DNA from: Phoronis australis
Lineage: Eukaryota > Animalia > Phoronida
NCBI GenBank assembly: GCA_002633005.1
Contig: NMRA01000125.1
Coordinates: 844,414 to 908,413 of the forward strand
Reading direction: 5' to 3'
DNA length: 64,000 bases
The notes under the pieces: model-generated
What the model was told of the DNA's origin: nothing
The model's input: the letters and a program-made list of their open reading frames with translations, nothing else
Databases searched by the model: none
Translations under genes and position numbers: made by a program
Shown: positions 14,224 to 25,824 of the stretch, piece by piece
Numbering within the stretch: the first letter of the stretch is position 1
How the letters are laid out: each line of letters begins with the position of its first letter

Positions 14224-17200
14224 ATGGCTTTTCGTTACACAGCTAGGCTCTTTCGAGGTGCGAGGAGATTGCACGGTATGTCGATGTATTCTGAGCTAAA
14301 ATATCTTTGAACAATGTCTCAACTTAATAACGGGTTTCTCCCGGCTAACGACCGAGTGGGCTTACAGAATAGACGGACTGACCTATATCTTGTTATACAA
14401 AATTCACAACAACGCATTGCCATTGGGCAGAGTGAGGCTGGCCGCTGATTTTTTTCCGAAAATGAACCGATGATGGTGCATACATGCATATGCACCATCA
14501 TCGCATCAATCAATGAAATGCTTAGTCACTGAGACACGCAGCACTGGTGTCCATGATAAGTAGACCTATATACTGACGCATAAATTTGTCCCGACGTTTC
14601 GAGTGTCGAACTTCATGGAAACGTTCCAAGTTTGTTAGTTACTAGTAGGCGCATGTGCAACTGATGAAGTTTTCTTCTGAGCCGAATGAGCGTGCCACAC
14701 TCACCGGCGTTTACGGAGCAATAATAATCTAGGACCAACATCAGTACGTTATCACTCCTTGGTTCTAACTTGTTGCCCTTTCACTAGAGAACAACTATCC
14801 GAGATTATATATGCTCACTCAAGCCTTAATTTCTTTGCCGTGCTTTTTACCATTTACCGGCACCTCTGTTATTTGCCGTCTTGCTTTGAAAAATGGGTTG
14901 TCCACCGTATTTGTTCAGCTTACAACCTTTTCTTGAGTCAACATTATGCAGTATTAGAGCTATGGGTTTTCTTGTTGGCCGGATACTGCCATAGTCATTT
15001 TAGTGTAACTGGTGCCCGTTCCAACAAAATTGACTTAGCTAAGACAAATCTTAAATTTTAGTAAATTTTTAGATAAAACTTAAATTTGTCTCGAGACTGT
15101 TTTTAGAAAGAGATCTTAAGTTTGAATTAAGTTTTTGATAAAACTGTCATCTTCATTTTAACTATTTGACCGGATGTGGAAGTTTCAAAGAATGGAAGAG
15201 AAGACAAATCTTAGACTTAAGTCAAAAATGAACTTAAGTCAGCTTCTTGGAACGGGCCCCTGGTCCCCAGGTCCCAGCCACATTGGCAGTGTTGACGAGT
15301 GTAGACCAACTGCAGTCTCCCTCTTGTTCATAAACCCGTTTGGAAACAGCCTCTACATGTATATTATCTTGCTGCAGATGCTCTGCGGGTCTACAGATGT
15401 ACATAACAGCCTATTATTTCCAATGACTGCCTGCAGTGAAATAACGATACGAATGGACGCTATTGAGGGCGCATATCAACAAGTGAATACGACATTTGAT
15501 GCCATGTTTTGTGACAATAGGTCTACCTTGAAAACGGAATGAAAAGACGATGGCACGGTAAAGACGATTCGTGAATTGTCATTCGGCGCCGCCGCAGAGC
15601 TTCCGAAATAGTATCAATAATCATTCTCTTCTTAAGAGATTGATGCTAATTTTGAGGTCATTGTTAGCAATCGCATAGGGCGTCGTATGCGATTGAAAAT
15701 AGTGAATTCCTCAGTATTAAATTGTAACATTGCATATTGTGTGATTGTGAATTCGAATATTCAGCAGACTGCCGATAAGGGTCTCATTTTATTATCTGAG
15801 CAGATATATTCATATTGTAGCTGTTTATCTGCACCAGGGCTACTACATGTCGGACTACCGAGACAGTGGGTGCCGGGACATGCTGCTATGATGGGTGTTT
15901 TTATTTTCTACTCCCACGTTCCATTTAGTTCCGATTTAATATCCCGTGAACATTAGGACTACAAAAATGCACAAAACCGCATGTCCTCACTTGCATTCTC
16001 TTACAATTACCCCGGTTCAAAAGTTTTTTGAGGTACCTCTGTTAAGGCTAATTTTTAACGATTATTGTAGGGAATGCAAGGACGCGTGGCTTTGGGTGTA
16101 TTTCGTATAATCTGGATCAAAAATCTTGATTCATTTTGGTGTATAGAATACAAAAAAATTCGGTTAAATTTCAATTTAGCATGGAAATTTCAGACTCCGT
16201 GTTGATCCTGTTCCGACTTTATTTGACATGTGATAAATTTTCGGTTCCGCTGCCGCGGTATATTTTCAATCCTGTTAAATTTTAGTCACGACGTGACTAG
16301 TTATGGGTCCTGTGCCTGGTTGCATGAAACAGTCCCAAATTGTGACTCGGCTAAGTTCCCTACTCTTGTGCGTGTTTTTGTCGTTCTTTATTCACAGACG
16401 GGTCCTTTCACTATGACTTTATCGCTGTTACATGTATAAGCTTCTCTTTGACAAGTTACATTTTCTAATTATATAACTAAAATCTGAGCCCTCGGTTTCA
16501 TGAAAATAAATAGGGACTTGGTCTTCAGATTTGCATCAAAGCCAAAATTGACTTAATAATGAAATTAAGGCAGCATAAGTAAGGACAATGAGTGTTTTCA
16601 CTAGTCTACAAATACACTGTAGATTTACGGAAATTAGTCCTTGTTTGGGACTGTTTTATGCAACCAGGCATTGGCGTGACCAATTCTGGTTTTGAGCTTT
16701 TTTTGATTTCAGAGATTTTAATTCTTGAATAGAAAATGTCCTGGGATTTTTCCGCTTCGGCTTTCCATAGTCTCAGACCTATTATGTGCAGTGGTGGCCA
16801 AGGTGTCCTCTAGCCTATCAACTCTTTATACACAACTGATCAGACCTGGCAATACCAACGAATGTCGGTAGCCTGGGACTTGGATAAAATTTACTATCGA
16901 TATGCAAACCGCATGTACATGTAAACATGCAAGTAGCCCGCTGCGTACAGTGAATGGAAACTAGTTTCACTTCGCTGCTCTGCAGACATGATCGAATAAT
17001 TATGCAGTATTTTAGTTACCTTTCACACCGATTGCCGGTTGTAAAAATAGTACAGGCATCTGCGTTCCCAAGTGACACTACTCATGCCGTACACTACATT
17101 TAGCCTGCTGGTCGCTGATGACAGTCGGATCCCGCCATCTGGTGGCTGGCATGCCGAGCCTGGGTTCTCTTTACTTACCCAACCCAACGTGTGCTTCTGG

Positions 17201-20200
17201 AGTTGGTGGAGTAACAATACGATTATAATTTCTAATTTCTTCAAAAACAAGTTTATGCAGCAATTTCCTAACCGATGAACTCTCACGATTTATATTTTCA
17301 TAGGATTGCCTTTGTAAGATCGTTAAATTTCCCAGCGGATGAACTCTCACGATTCATTTCATACGTTTTCCTGTGTAAGATCGCTAAATTTCCCGCAAAA
17401 AATCTGAAAATACACGTCGGTATACCTGGAAGGAAATCTGATGATCTCTTCAGTGGTCTAAGAAATGGTAAATGTTCTTTGAAGGCAAAGTCCGGGAATT
17501 TTTAATATTGTGGGATGTGCCAGGATTTACAGTGACGTACCGGATGTCTGAATTTATTTTTTGGAAACCAATTAGTCGAAATTCGAACATTCCTGAAACC
17601 GAAAGGGGAGGTCACAATCGATCTCGATTGTTGTATATGCTTTCATTACCCATAATGCCTTGTTTCAGCCGGCATTATTAGTGTCAAATCTAACGCAGTC
17701 TCTCATTGGCTCATTCGGCATGTCACACAAACTCAAAAACAAGTAATGGACATCTAACTCGACAACCCCACCTTCGTTTTTGAAGCGGGAATGTTCCGTA
17801 CAAAAAGCGATCTTTTGATTTAGACTATTTACTGCTGTGAAATTGGTCTCAAATTGTATCTTATACGTTGTCTTTATCGGTGTCTAAGCTCGGTATTTGT
17901 GATATTAACTTGTTTTCAAGGTGCGGGACGAAGTATAAGCACGAAAACACCCGAAGCGCGCTTCGCCGCCTTTCGCCCTCTTCTCGTCGGAGGAATAGCT
18001 GCAGGTTACCTTGGTTACAAACTCTTCACTGAAGAGGTGCCTCCCATCGTCAGCCAGGTTCATGCCGCAGAAGCTGCTTCGCCTCAGCCTTCAGTAAGTT
18101 GCTTGCCATCATGATAACACTTGAGTCAGTGCTTGATTTGGCGACCTGCAGGTCGCCAATATGACTTCAGATTGTGTTTGGCGACCTGGAAAAAATTTCA
18201 AGTCGCCACGAACCACTGCAAGTATCATTGTCAGACAATTATTCCCTCTAAATTCGTTTCAAAGTTGTAATTCACTTTCAAAGTTTAATTTACTACCAGT
18301 TTTCTTAGATTCATTACTTTTGATTCACAATTGTTCCGTTTATTTCGTGAAATCAGCGCATTTGTCACCACGTTTAAATTACAAAGGGAGTAGTAAACAG
18401 ACGGAAGTCGGAATTGTTCGGCAAATGTCGGACAAGATCGACGATATTCGCCAACAACCCCTGCAGTCTTCTGCGTGCTATGTTGACTACCCGTCGATGG
18501 GAGGAATTGAGTTAGAGAATTAAGGTGATTTAGGCATATACGGGGGAAATTGGAAAAGCGCAAGAGAATGGGCGGCGGACAACCGTAGGCCGCGTTTTTG
18601 GTCGACGACCTGTTACGCTGGATAGGAATCCTCGCCTGAGGTCTTCACTTTTGATGACCTCAGCAAAATGCAACTTGGCTTTAGCTAAGCGTCGAGCGCC
18701 GTAAGTGTAGGTTTCTCCCTAAGAAATTCGATGAACTCGGTGTGTAAAATGTTAGTGTTACCAATCTACTCGTTTTAAGTGCACTTAGTTTGGATCTTGG
18801 TGAGGAGAGACATGTTTGCACACTACGGGCTTGCTGTAACGCGGTTCGGCTAGCCTACATTACATACGTTGTGCCATTTTCGCGTGATCACTTCGTGTAA
18901 CCCTCTTGTGAATTCACGGGACGCCAGATTCCATGTGGGACAGGTCCCAACTAGACAAGAGATTCCTATCCGTGTATGCCCTAACTGACTAATAATCAAA
19001 TGGCGCTATGCCGAAATTTCTGCAATGAAGATGTGCTTCTTTGTTTTATCGATTCCAAAAAAACACTTTAAAAGCTATTGGTAACATGATTTTCAGTTTG
19101 CTGGTGAGTACAAACACTGTTTCTATCACAATCATTCCAATGAGCTCATTTATCACTCAAACAACTCACAGGTGATCTCTGGCACAAAGGATCACGCCTT
19201 GTACCTAACCATCTACCTTAAGCCAACCGCGGACGTGAAAGCTTGTGTGAAAGTCCTGGCAAACCTGCAGAAGTCGGTGAGCTCTCTCTTCGACCCGAGC
19301 ACCCCTCCCGATGATGACGACGAAGTTTTGGCCGGTGTCGGGTTTGGTCCCAACACCTGGTCACAGGTAGGTCTTGGAACAACCAATTTATTTAAACTTT
19401 TACACAAACCCGCCTCAGTCGTCAAAGGTAACTTTTGATTNCGTTTCAAAGTTGGTATTCACTTTCAAAGTTTGAGTTACTACCAGTTTTCTTAGATTCA
19501 TTACCTTTGATTCACAATTGTTCCGTTTATTTCGTGAAATCAGCGCATTTGTCACCACGTTTAAATTACAATAGGGAATAGTAAACAGACGGAAGTCGGA
19601 ATTGTTCGGCAAATGTCAGACAAAATCGACGAAATTCGCCAACGACCCCTGCAGTCTTCTGTGTTGACTACCCGTCGATGGGAGGAATTGAGTTAGAGAA
19701 TTAAGGTGATTTAGGCATATACGGGGGAAATTGGAGAAGCGCAAGAGATTGGGCGGCGGACAGCCGTGGGCCGTTTTTTTGGTCGACGACCTGTTACGCT
19801 GGATAGGAATCCTGCCTGAGGTCTTCACTTTTGATGAGCTCAGCAAAATGCAACTTGGCTTTAGCTAAGCGTCGAGCGCCGTAAGTGTAGGTTTCTCCCA
19901 AAGAAATTCGACGAACTCAGTGTGTAAAATGTTTAGTGTTACCAATCTACTCGCTTTAAGTGCACTTAGCTTGGATCTTGGTGAGGAGAGACATGTTTGC
20001 ACACTACGGGCTTGCTGTAACGCGGTTCGGCTAGCCTAAATTACATACGTTGTACCATTTTCGCGTGATCACTTCGTGTAACCCTCTTGTGAATTCACGG
20101 GACGCCAGATTCCATGTGGGACAGGTCCCAACTAGACAAGAGATTCCTATCCGTGTATGCCCTAACTGACTAATAATCAAATGGCGCTATGCCGAAATTT

Positions 20201-23200
20201 CTGCAATGAAGATGTGCTTCTTTGTTTTATCGATTCCAAAAAAACACTTTAAAAGCTATTGGTAACATGATTTTCAGTTTGCTGGTGAGTACAAACACTG
20301 TTTCTATCACAATCATTCCAATGAGCTCATTTATCACTCAAACAACTCACAGGTGATCTCTGGCACAAAGGATCACGCCTTGTACCTAACCATCTACCTT
20401 AAGCCAACCGCGGACGTGAAAGCTTGTGTGAAAGTCCTGGCAAACCTGCAGAAGTCGGTGAGCTCTCTCTTCGACCCGAGCACCCCTCCCGATGATGACG
20501 ACGAAGTTTTGGCCGGTGTCGGGTTTGGTCCCAACACCTGGTCACAGGTAGGTCTTGGAACAACCAATTTATTTAAACTTTTACACAAACCCGCCTCAGT
20601 CGTCAAAGGTAACTTTTGATTTAGGTCCTGGCACAGCAACACGTCCATATTGCGGTATTTACCCACAATGCTAAAACATCTATCAAGCAATTTTCTACCC
20701 TCATTTTCGCGCCATTGGAGTTTCGTATGTTAATTATTGGTGCCTAGCTTTTTTCAAACTTTTCTAGACTGCTTATAACGGTATTCGTTGTTCCAATAAC
20801 AGAGACGCTTTACTCCTGTGCTGCCGGCTGCAACTTCGACTGCAGGAAGTTGGATAAACTTGAGAATATCCGTGGATGCGATATTTTCCCACGACGGTGA
20901 TTACTAGAATTAGTTAAACGTTTTTAAAACGAGTCCAATGTAACTATGCGTGTTCTTGCCTCCAGGTGAAAAGAGATTTCTATCGGGGCCGTCCTATGCT
21001 CAGCCTTGAGCTCATTTCTGGACTTGTAGTGCGTACATGTGGTGTCAAAACCAGCTGGGTAGTTACACGGTCGTTACGCTTCATACACGGAACATAGCCG
21101 GCCTGAAAGAACTCAACAGGCTGTTGTGACAAAATAAGTTGAGAGCAAAATTTCAACGGTAAATGGAAGTACTATAAAACAAACGTTCTTTGACAAAATG
21201 TAGGTTTGCAGCGAGCTGCCTTAAGTAGTGTTGACTGCGCACCTTAAAGTTATGGAGGACCTGGAAAAACTGTCCGATTTTGGCCAACTTCGGAACATCA
21301 TATCTCAGAAATGGCTGATAGATTTACTTGAAACTTTCAAAAATTATACTGTAGTTTGCCTTGGCGGCAGATTTTCTTGTCCACAAACAGTAAATAAGCT
21401 ATTTTGATCGGAAGAATTGCTTTCAATCTACCTACGTGAATACCAGACAGGAATTTGAGTCGCCAATTGGAAAGAACGCAACTGGAGCTGGTCAAAAACA
21501 CCACTAGTCGTTTATTCAATATGATTGTTTTTAAAATATTGGACTTCAATGAAAAAACGTTAAAGTTGTAGAAAACGAAAACGATATGGCATTTGAGAAA
21601 TTTAACTGTAACGACGTTTTTAAGATATTACTTTGAACATCATGTTATTGATTCTGTTGTTTTGCTCAGTTATCAATGTGCATTTTGCCAAAGACATAGT
21701 CACGTGACCCAATTAATGGCATATTGGTAGAAAGCCAAAAGTCAAGTATGACAGACTTTCTGTTTTCAAAAAATAGATACTTTTACTGTATTAAAATTTA
21801 TAGTTTTTCATAAGCGCACCGGCCAAGCCTAAAAAATGGGGGCTCGAATTTTTGAGAAAGTGGACCTTTTACTAAGATTAACAGAGTAGAGCTATGAATT
21901 GTGCATTCGCGGAATTTTGGTAGTTCCTGACTTTAGCGGACTTTTGTATCGTTTTCTGCTTTTTTCGGAGGTTTTGTTTCTCTGAGGCCGACTTTCTCCC
22001 CCCTTCGCCAATGGGGAGGGGGCTCGAGAGCCCCTGATTGCGGGCATGTTTTTAGCTATTAGGTTAAATGCAATTCTATGCCTTACATAACATTATTGAA
22101 CAGGGCTGCAAGCACCGTTATGCCGTGGTACTGAGTAAAGCTGTCCCTTGCCCTCACAGAACGTACGGCCGCACTTAAAATGATAAAGATGATCTCGTAT
22201 TGTTCGTCCTACATTCTCCCCGCATTGCCAAACCAAACTTTCAACAGAAGAGTTTTTGAAAGTATTGATTTGCTTTTATAACTATATACCACGTGTATTT
22301 CACGTGGATAATGTGCCGATATGATACAGTATGTCCTTCAAACACTACATGGTCGAATAATGGGTAATCACAGCCTAATGTGGCCAGGCTGCGCTGTTCT
22401 TATGTTGAATTTGATTCAACACCAGAACAGATGGTCAAAAAAACAAGAAAACTGCTATCCACAAGCTGCACGAGGTCTTCTGCTCCAATTAGGCCCCCTA
22501 CTGTGTGCAGCGATACCAACAGGGGACAGACCTACACGTATGAATTATTAGCTAAATATGTGTCTCACACTTGAGATTTGAGTCTTCGTTAGCCGTGCTA
22601 TTCACTTTCCAAGAAGTTTTGCCTACGTCATAGACCTGAGACTCGTGTAGAATTCTCATTCTCTATGTCTAAGCCTTTTTCACCAATTGTGAAGTGAGAA
22701 CGTAAGATCAAGTACTTGTCTTGAGCAGTAAGTCATTCCTCAGAAGCGGACCACAGAGCAAGGAAACCTTAACGGTGCATATGTTCGACCGTAAATTGTT
22801 CTAAAAATTCCGTTTCTCAACACTACTGCGTGTGCGTATACGCACTTGTTTTAAAATGCACAAACCACATGTAAGTTTTTAAGATTTATTCTTTCCTTGA
22901 AGCAGAGTGCGTGCATCTTGGAAGTGGTAGAATTTGCATTTATTTTTGCAAATACAGGCACTTGCCCCACAGTGCTGAAGTCGTGACTCCTCTGCTCTTT
23001 CCATTGCTGTTCAAGTACGCGAAACTTTTGACAGGTTGTTGGTAAAAAGACCCTGAAGAACTACACCTATCCCCACCGCAAGGGTGCACTTGGGGACATG
23101 CCGAGCACTGGCGGAGATTTGTTTGTGCACGCCAAGTGCCATAAGAAAAGCAAACTGTTCGAGCTGACGCAAAAACTAATGAAAGAGTTGCCAGCCGGAA

Positions 23201-25377
23201 GTGTAGACCGATTCGAGGATGTCTACGGCTGGGTGTACCAGGAGGGTCGTGACTTGTCCGGCTTTATTGATGGTAGGTAGTTTCTTCTTATATATATCGG
23301 GCTTAAACTGGCTTGAAGTTGCCTGGGGTTCTTTATTCAATTCCCCGTTTGGGCCTCTAAAAGTAGAATTCCCAGGGTGTTCTGTTCCAAGCCACCCCTC
23401 AGTTAGTTGACAACCCCATTAAAAGTAAAAGCCTCGCCCGGTAAAGTGATGTAGGACCTTATCGACCAGTCGGTGCAAATATGTATATGCACATCCAACT
23501 GTGGGATATAACACAGTGAGAGTACGGTATATATTTTTATGAAAGTAGAAAGCCTGCAGAACTTGTTTTTTTTTTGAATTTTAACAAATTCTGCAATCAC
23601 TGTCGAGGAAACATGTCTTTTAATAAGTGAAGCAAACCAAGAAAGGAACATCCATAACAAAATAATCGTATCAATGACATGGCCATGTGGTCGTAAATTT
23701 TATATGATAGTTCAAAAACCCTGGTACAGTTTTCTAAAATATCATTTATTTATTGCAACTTTTGATTTATTCATAAAAATCATAAAAGTCCTATTTTCAT
23801 ATCTCCTGTTCCAGAAGCGGAACATTTTAAAAACATTTCGTATTATGGTTTGTTGTAGAAGGGTATATGAAATCCTAAGTATGTGAAAGTTTCATATGGT
23901 TCCGATGAGTAATTTCTGAGCTATGATGTTGCGAAGTTAGCCTTATTTGGACATTTTTCCTACATAAGCTGAAGTTTGGTGCAGTTGACTGAATTTTCAT
24001 GTTACATGTATAACGTGGTCAGGCTACTGTGTTCACATGTTGAAATTGTTCCAGTTGCCTAGGTGTCAGTGCTGTGCATCTACGTTTAAACCCGCTTGAA
24101 AAGTGTTCCATTGCTTTTAGGGGTTACACTGTCTTTCGTGTTGGTTTAAAACAGCGGTTTAACTTGAAAACCAGAGTAAATAACATCCGTGGCATAAGTG
24201 TGGGATTCATGTCGTTAAGTGGAGACTGGGTGCGAAATCCATCGTTGTTTCATCGTTGATGCGCCATTAGAAGTGGTGAGATTACTCCCAATGTTTATCT
24301 TGATTTCACAATTTAGGTACCGAGAACCCAGCGGACGAGGAACTGCGCTATAACGTTGCCGTGGAGAAAGAAACTGGTGGAAGTTATGTGGTAAGCCTGC
24401 TAAAATAGACATTAACATGTTGATCTTTGAGTTAAGAAACGACAAGATTTCCTCTAGCAATGTGCTACATCCGGGACAACATGATGGAGGACACTTTCCT
24501 TACCAGAGACTCTCGAGTGCAAAAATGATCAATTGCATGGTTTAAGTTTTCAGGCCACGCGACTAGTCTTGAGTCAAATGTCGAGGTTGGTGGCATGGGA
24601 TCCAAGAGTTTTCAAAAGATTATGATGGTTTGAATTGAGAGGGAACCTGTTTGGAATGTTTGTCATCAGATCAATTGGCGTTTTCTTTAGATCACGCAGA
24701 AATGGATACATGATTTCAACGTCATCAACAAGACACCAACCAAACAACTGGAGCAGTTTGTTGGAAGATCTAAAGAAGACAGCGTGGAACTGAGACGGAA
24801 AGCTGCGTCGGCGCATGTGGCCCGCATGACCGGAGGTAAGTTAAAGTTTCCTGATGCCATTCTAAGTGAGAGACAACCGTTTCACAATGTCAGTATGCGA
24901 ACCCTCATTTATCGTAGGGCACTTAGCTTCAATTATTAGTGCCCTGGACCTTGTATTCAACTACAAAAGTGTAAAAATCAAGTTTCCCGCATAATGTGTG
25001 CGTTTACTTGATTGAGCGAATGCTGACAGCATCACCATCGCCGACTCACTATTGAACCGTATTTGCAACCACTTCAACACTTTCCACTGCTTTCTCTTCA
25101 TATCGACTTTTCTATTATCCATACAGGTACCAATTTCGTGCAGAAGAAAGCGTTTCAAATCGTCCGCCAATCCCAGCCGTACGGCACGGTTAACGGGGAA
25201 GCGGGTCTGTTCTTCATCGGATACGCTGCGTCTCCGGAGAACTTCGAATTCATGCTCGATCGCATGGTAGGTGCTGGCGGTGACGGCCACAACGATGACA
25301 TCATGAAACTCACGGTTTGCGTGAAAGGAACCTATTGGTACTTTCCCAGCCTTCAGCAGTTGAGAAGTATGGCGTAG
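14224..25377 (+). CDS. DyP-type (dye-decolourising, YfeX-like) haem peroxidase with predicted mitochondrial presequence; join(14224..14275,17921..18093,19172..19366 [or identical 20353..20547],23035..23272,24317..24390,24691..24835,25127..25377), 375 aa
   Basis: Spliced product carries the DyP hallmarks: MPSTGGDLFVH, GRDLSGFIDG|TENP (GXXDG, catalytic Asp codon 23269-71), GGSYVITQKW.HD, SAHVAR (proximal His 24814-16), IVRQSQPYG (distal Arg 25165-67), GLFFIGYA, MLDRMVG, GTYWYFPS. All six introns are GT-AG and phase-compatible (1128 nt). Exon 1 is the least certain; exons 3-7 are strong. Confidence 0.9.
15012..15259. mobile_element. MITE, PIF/Harbinger-like
   Basis: TIR gtgcccgttccaacaaaattgacttag / cttaagtcagcttcttggaacgggccc, 3-bp CTG duplication on both sides. 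Confidence 0.7.
16313..16670. mobile_element. MITE, PIF/Harbinger-like
   Basis: 27-bp TIR tgcctggttgcatgaaacagtcccaaa / tttgggactgttttatgcaaccaggca (1 mismatch); flanks ctg/ttg. Confidence 0.7.
18127..18218. mobile_element. Short CAGTG...CACTG element with an internal perfect palindrome
   Basis: ttggcgacctgcaggtcgccaa palindrome plus repeated tggcgac/gtcgcca; no TSD found. Confidence 0.45.
18255..20621. repeat. ~1.18-kb tandem duplication (18255-19440 / 19442-20621) around a single N
   Basis: Near-identical copies with scattered SNPs and indels in the first half. Confidence 0.92.
20353..20547 (+). CDS. Second, identical copy of DyP exon 3 (inside a tandem duplication, probably haplotype artefact)
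   Basis: Same translation and splice sites as 19172..19366; copies are separated by a single N at 19441. Confidence 0.6.
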
Positions 25378-25818
25378 AGAGTTGGGAAATTAGCAATGCA
25401 CATGGCCAGGATGTCCCCAGACAGGGTTAATTATATGAAAATTTTTATGGATGTTAATTGTTCTAATCATTTGTATATCGTTTTCATTATTGGCTGCAGC
25501 ATTTGTTATGAAAACTTCTCATTACTTTGTTATCGTAACAAATTCGTTGTTTCTAGGCATACTAATCCAGAGAAATGTGGTCCAGCGTATTATGTACAGT
25601 GTTGTCCCAAGTACATGTGCTCCAGCGTAGTGTGTACAGTGTAGTCCCAAGTAGGTACAATGTCCAATGTCTGGTATCACTAGTCCATGTGCAAACGGCT
25701 TACGTGCAGTGCTGTTTAAGTCCAACTTCACGAAACGTAATATCGTTATATTCTATAACATTGAATGTGTTGCGCACCTTTCTGTCCTCTGTATTGTGTT
25801 TAATAGACAACGTTCCAA

Positions 25819-25824
25819 AATAAA
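25819..25824 (+). terminator. Candidate polyadenylation signal of the DyP gene
   Basis: AATAAA ~440 nt after the stop, followed by a T/GT-rich stretch. Confidence 0.5.

Noticed and set aside
17854-17920. Non-ATG start of the ORF covering DyP exon 2
   Set aside because: Better explained as intron ending in ttttcaag| at 17920, spliced from the 14224 exon.
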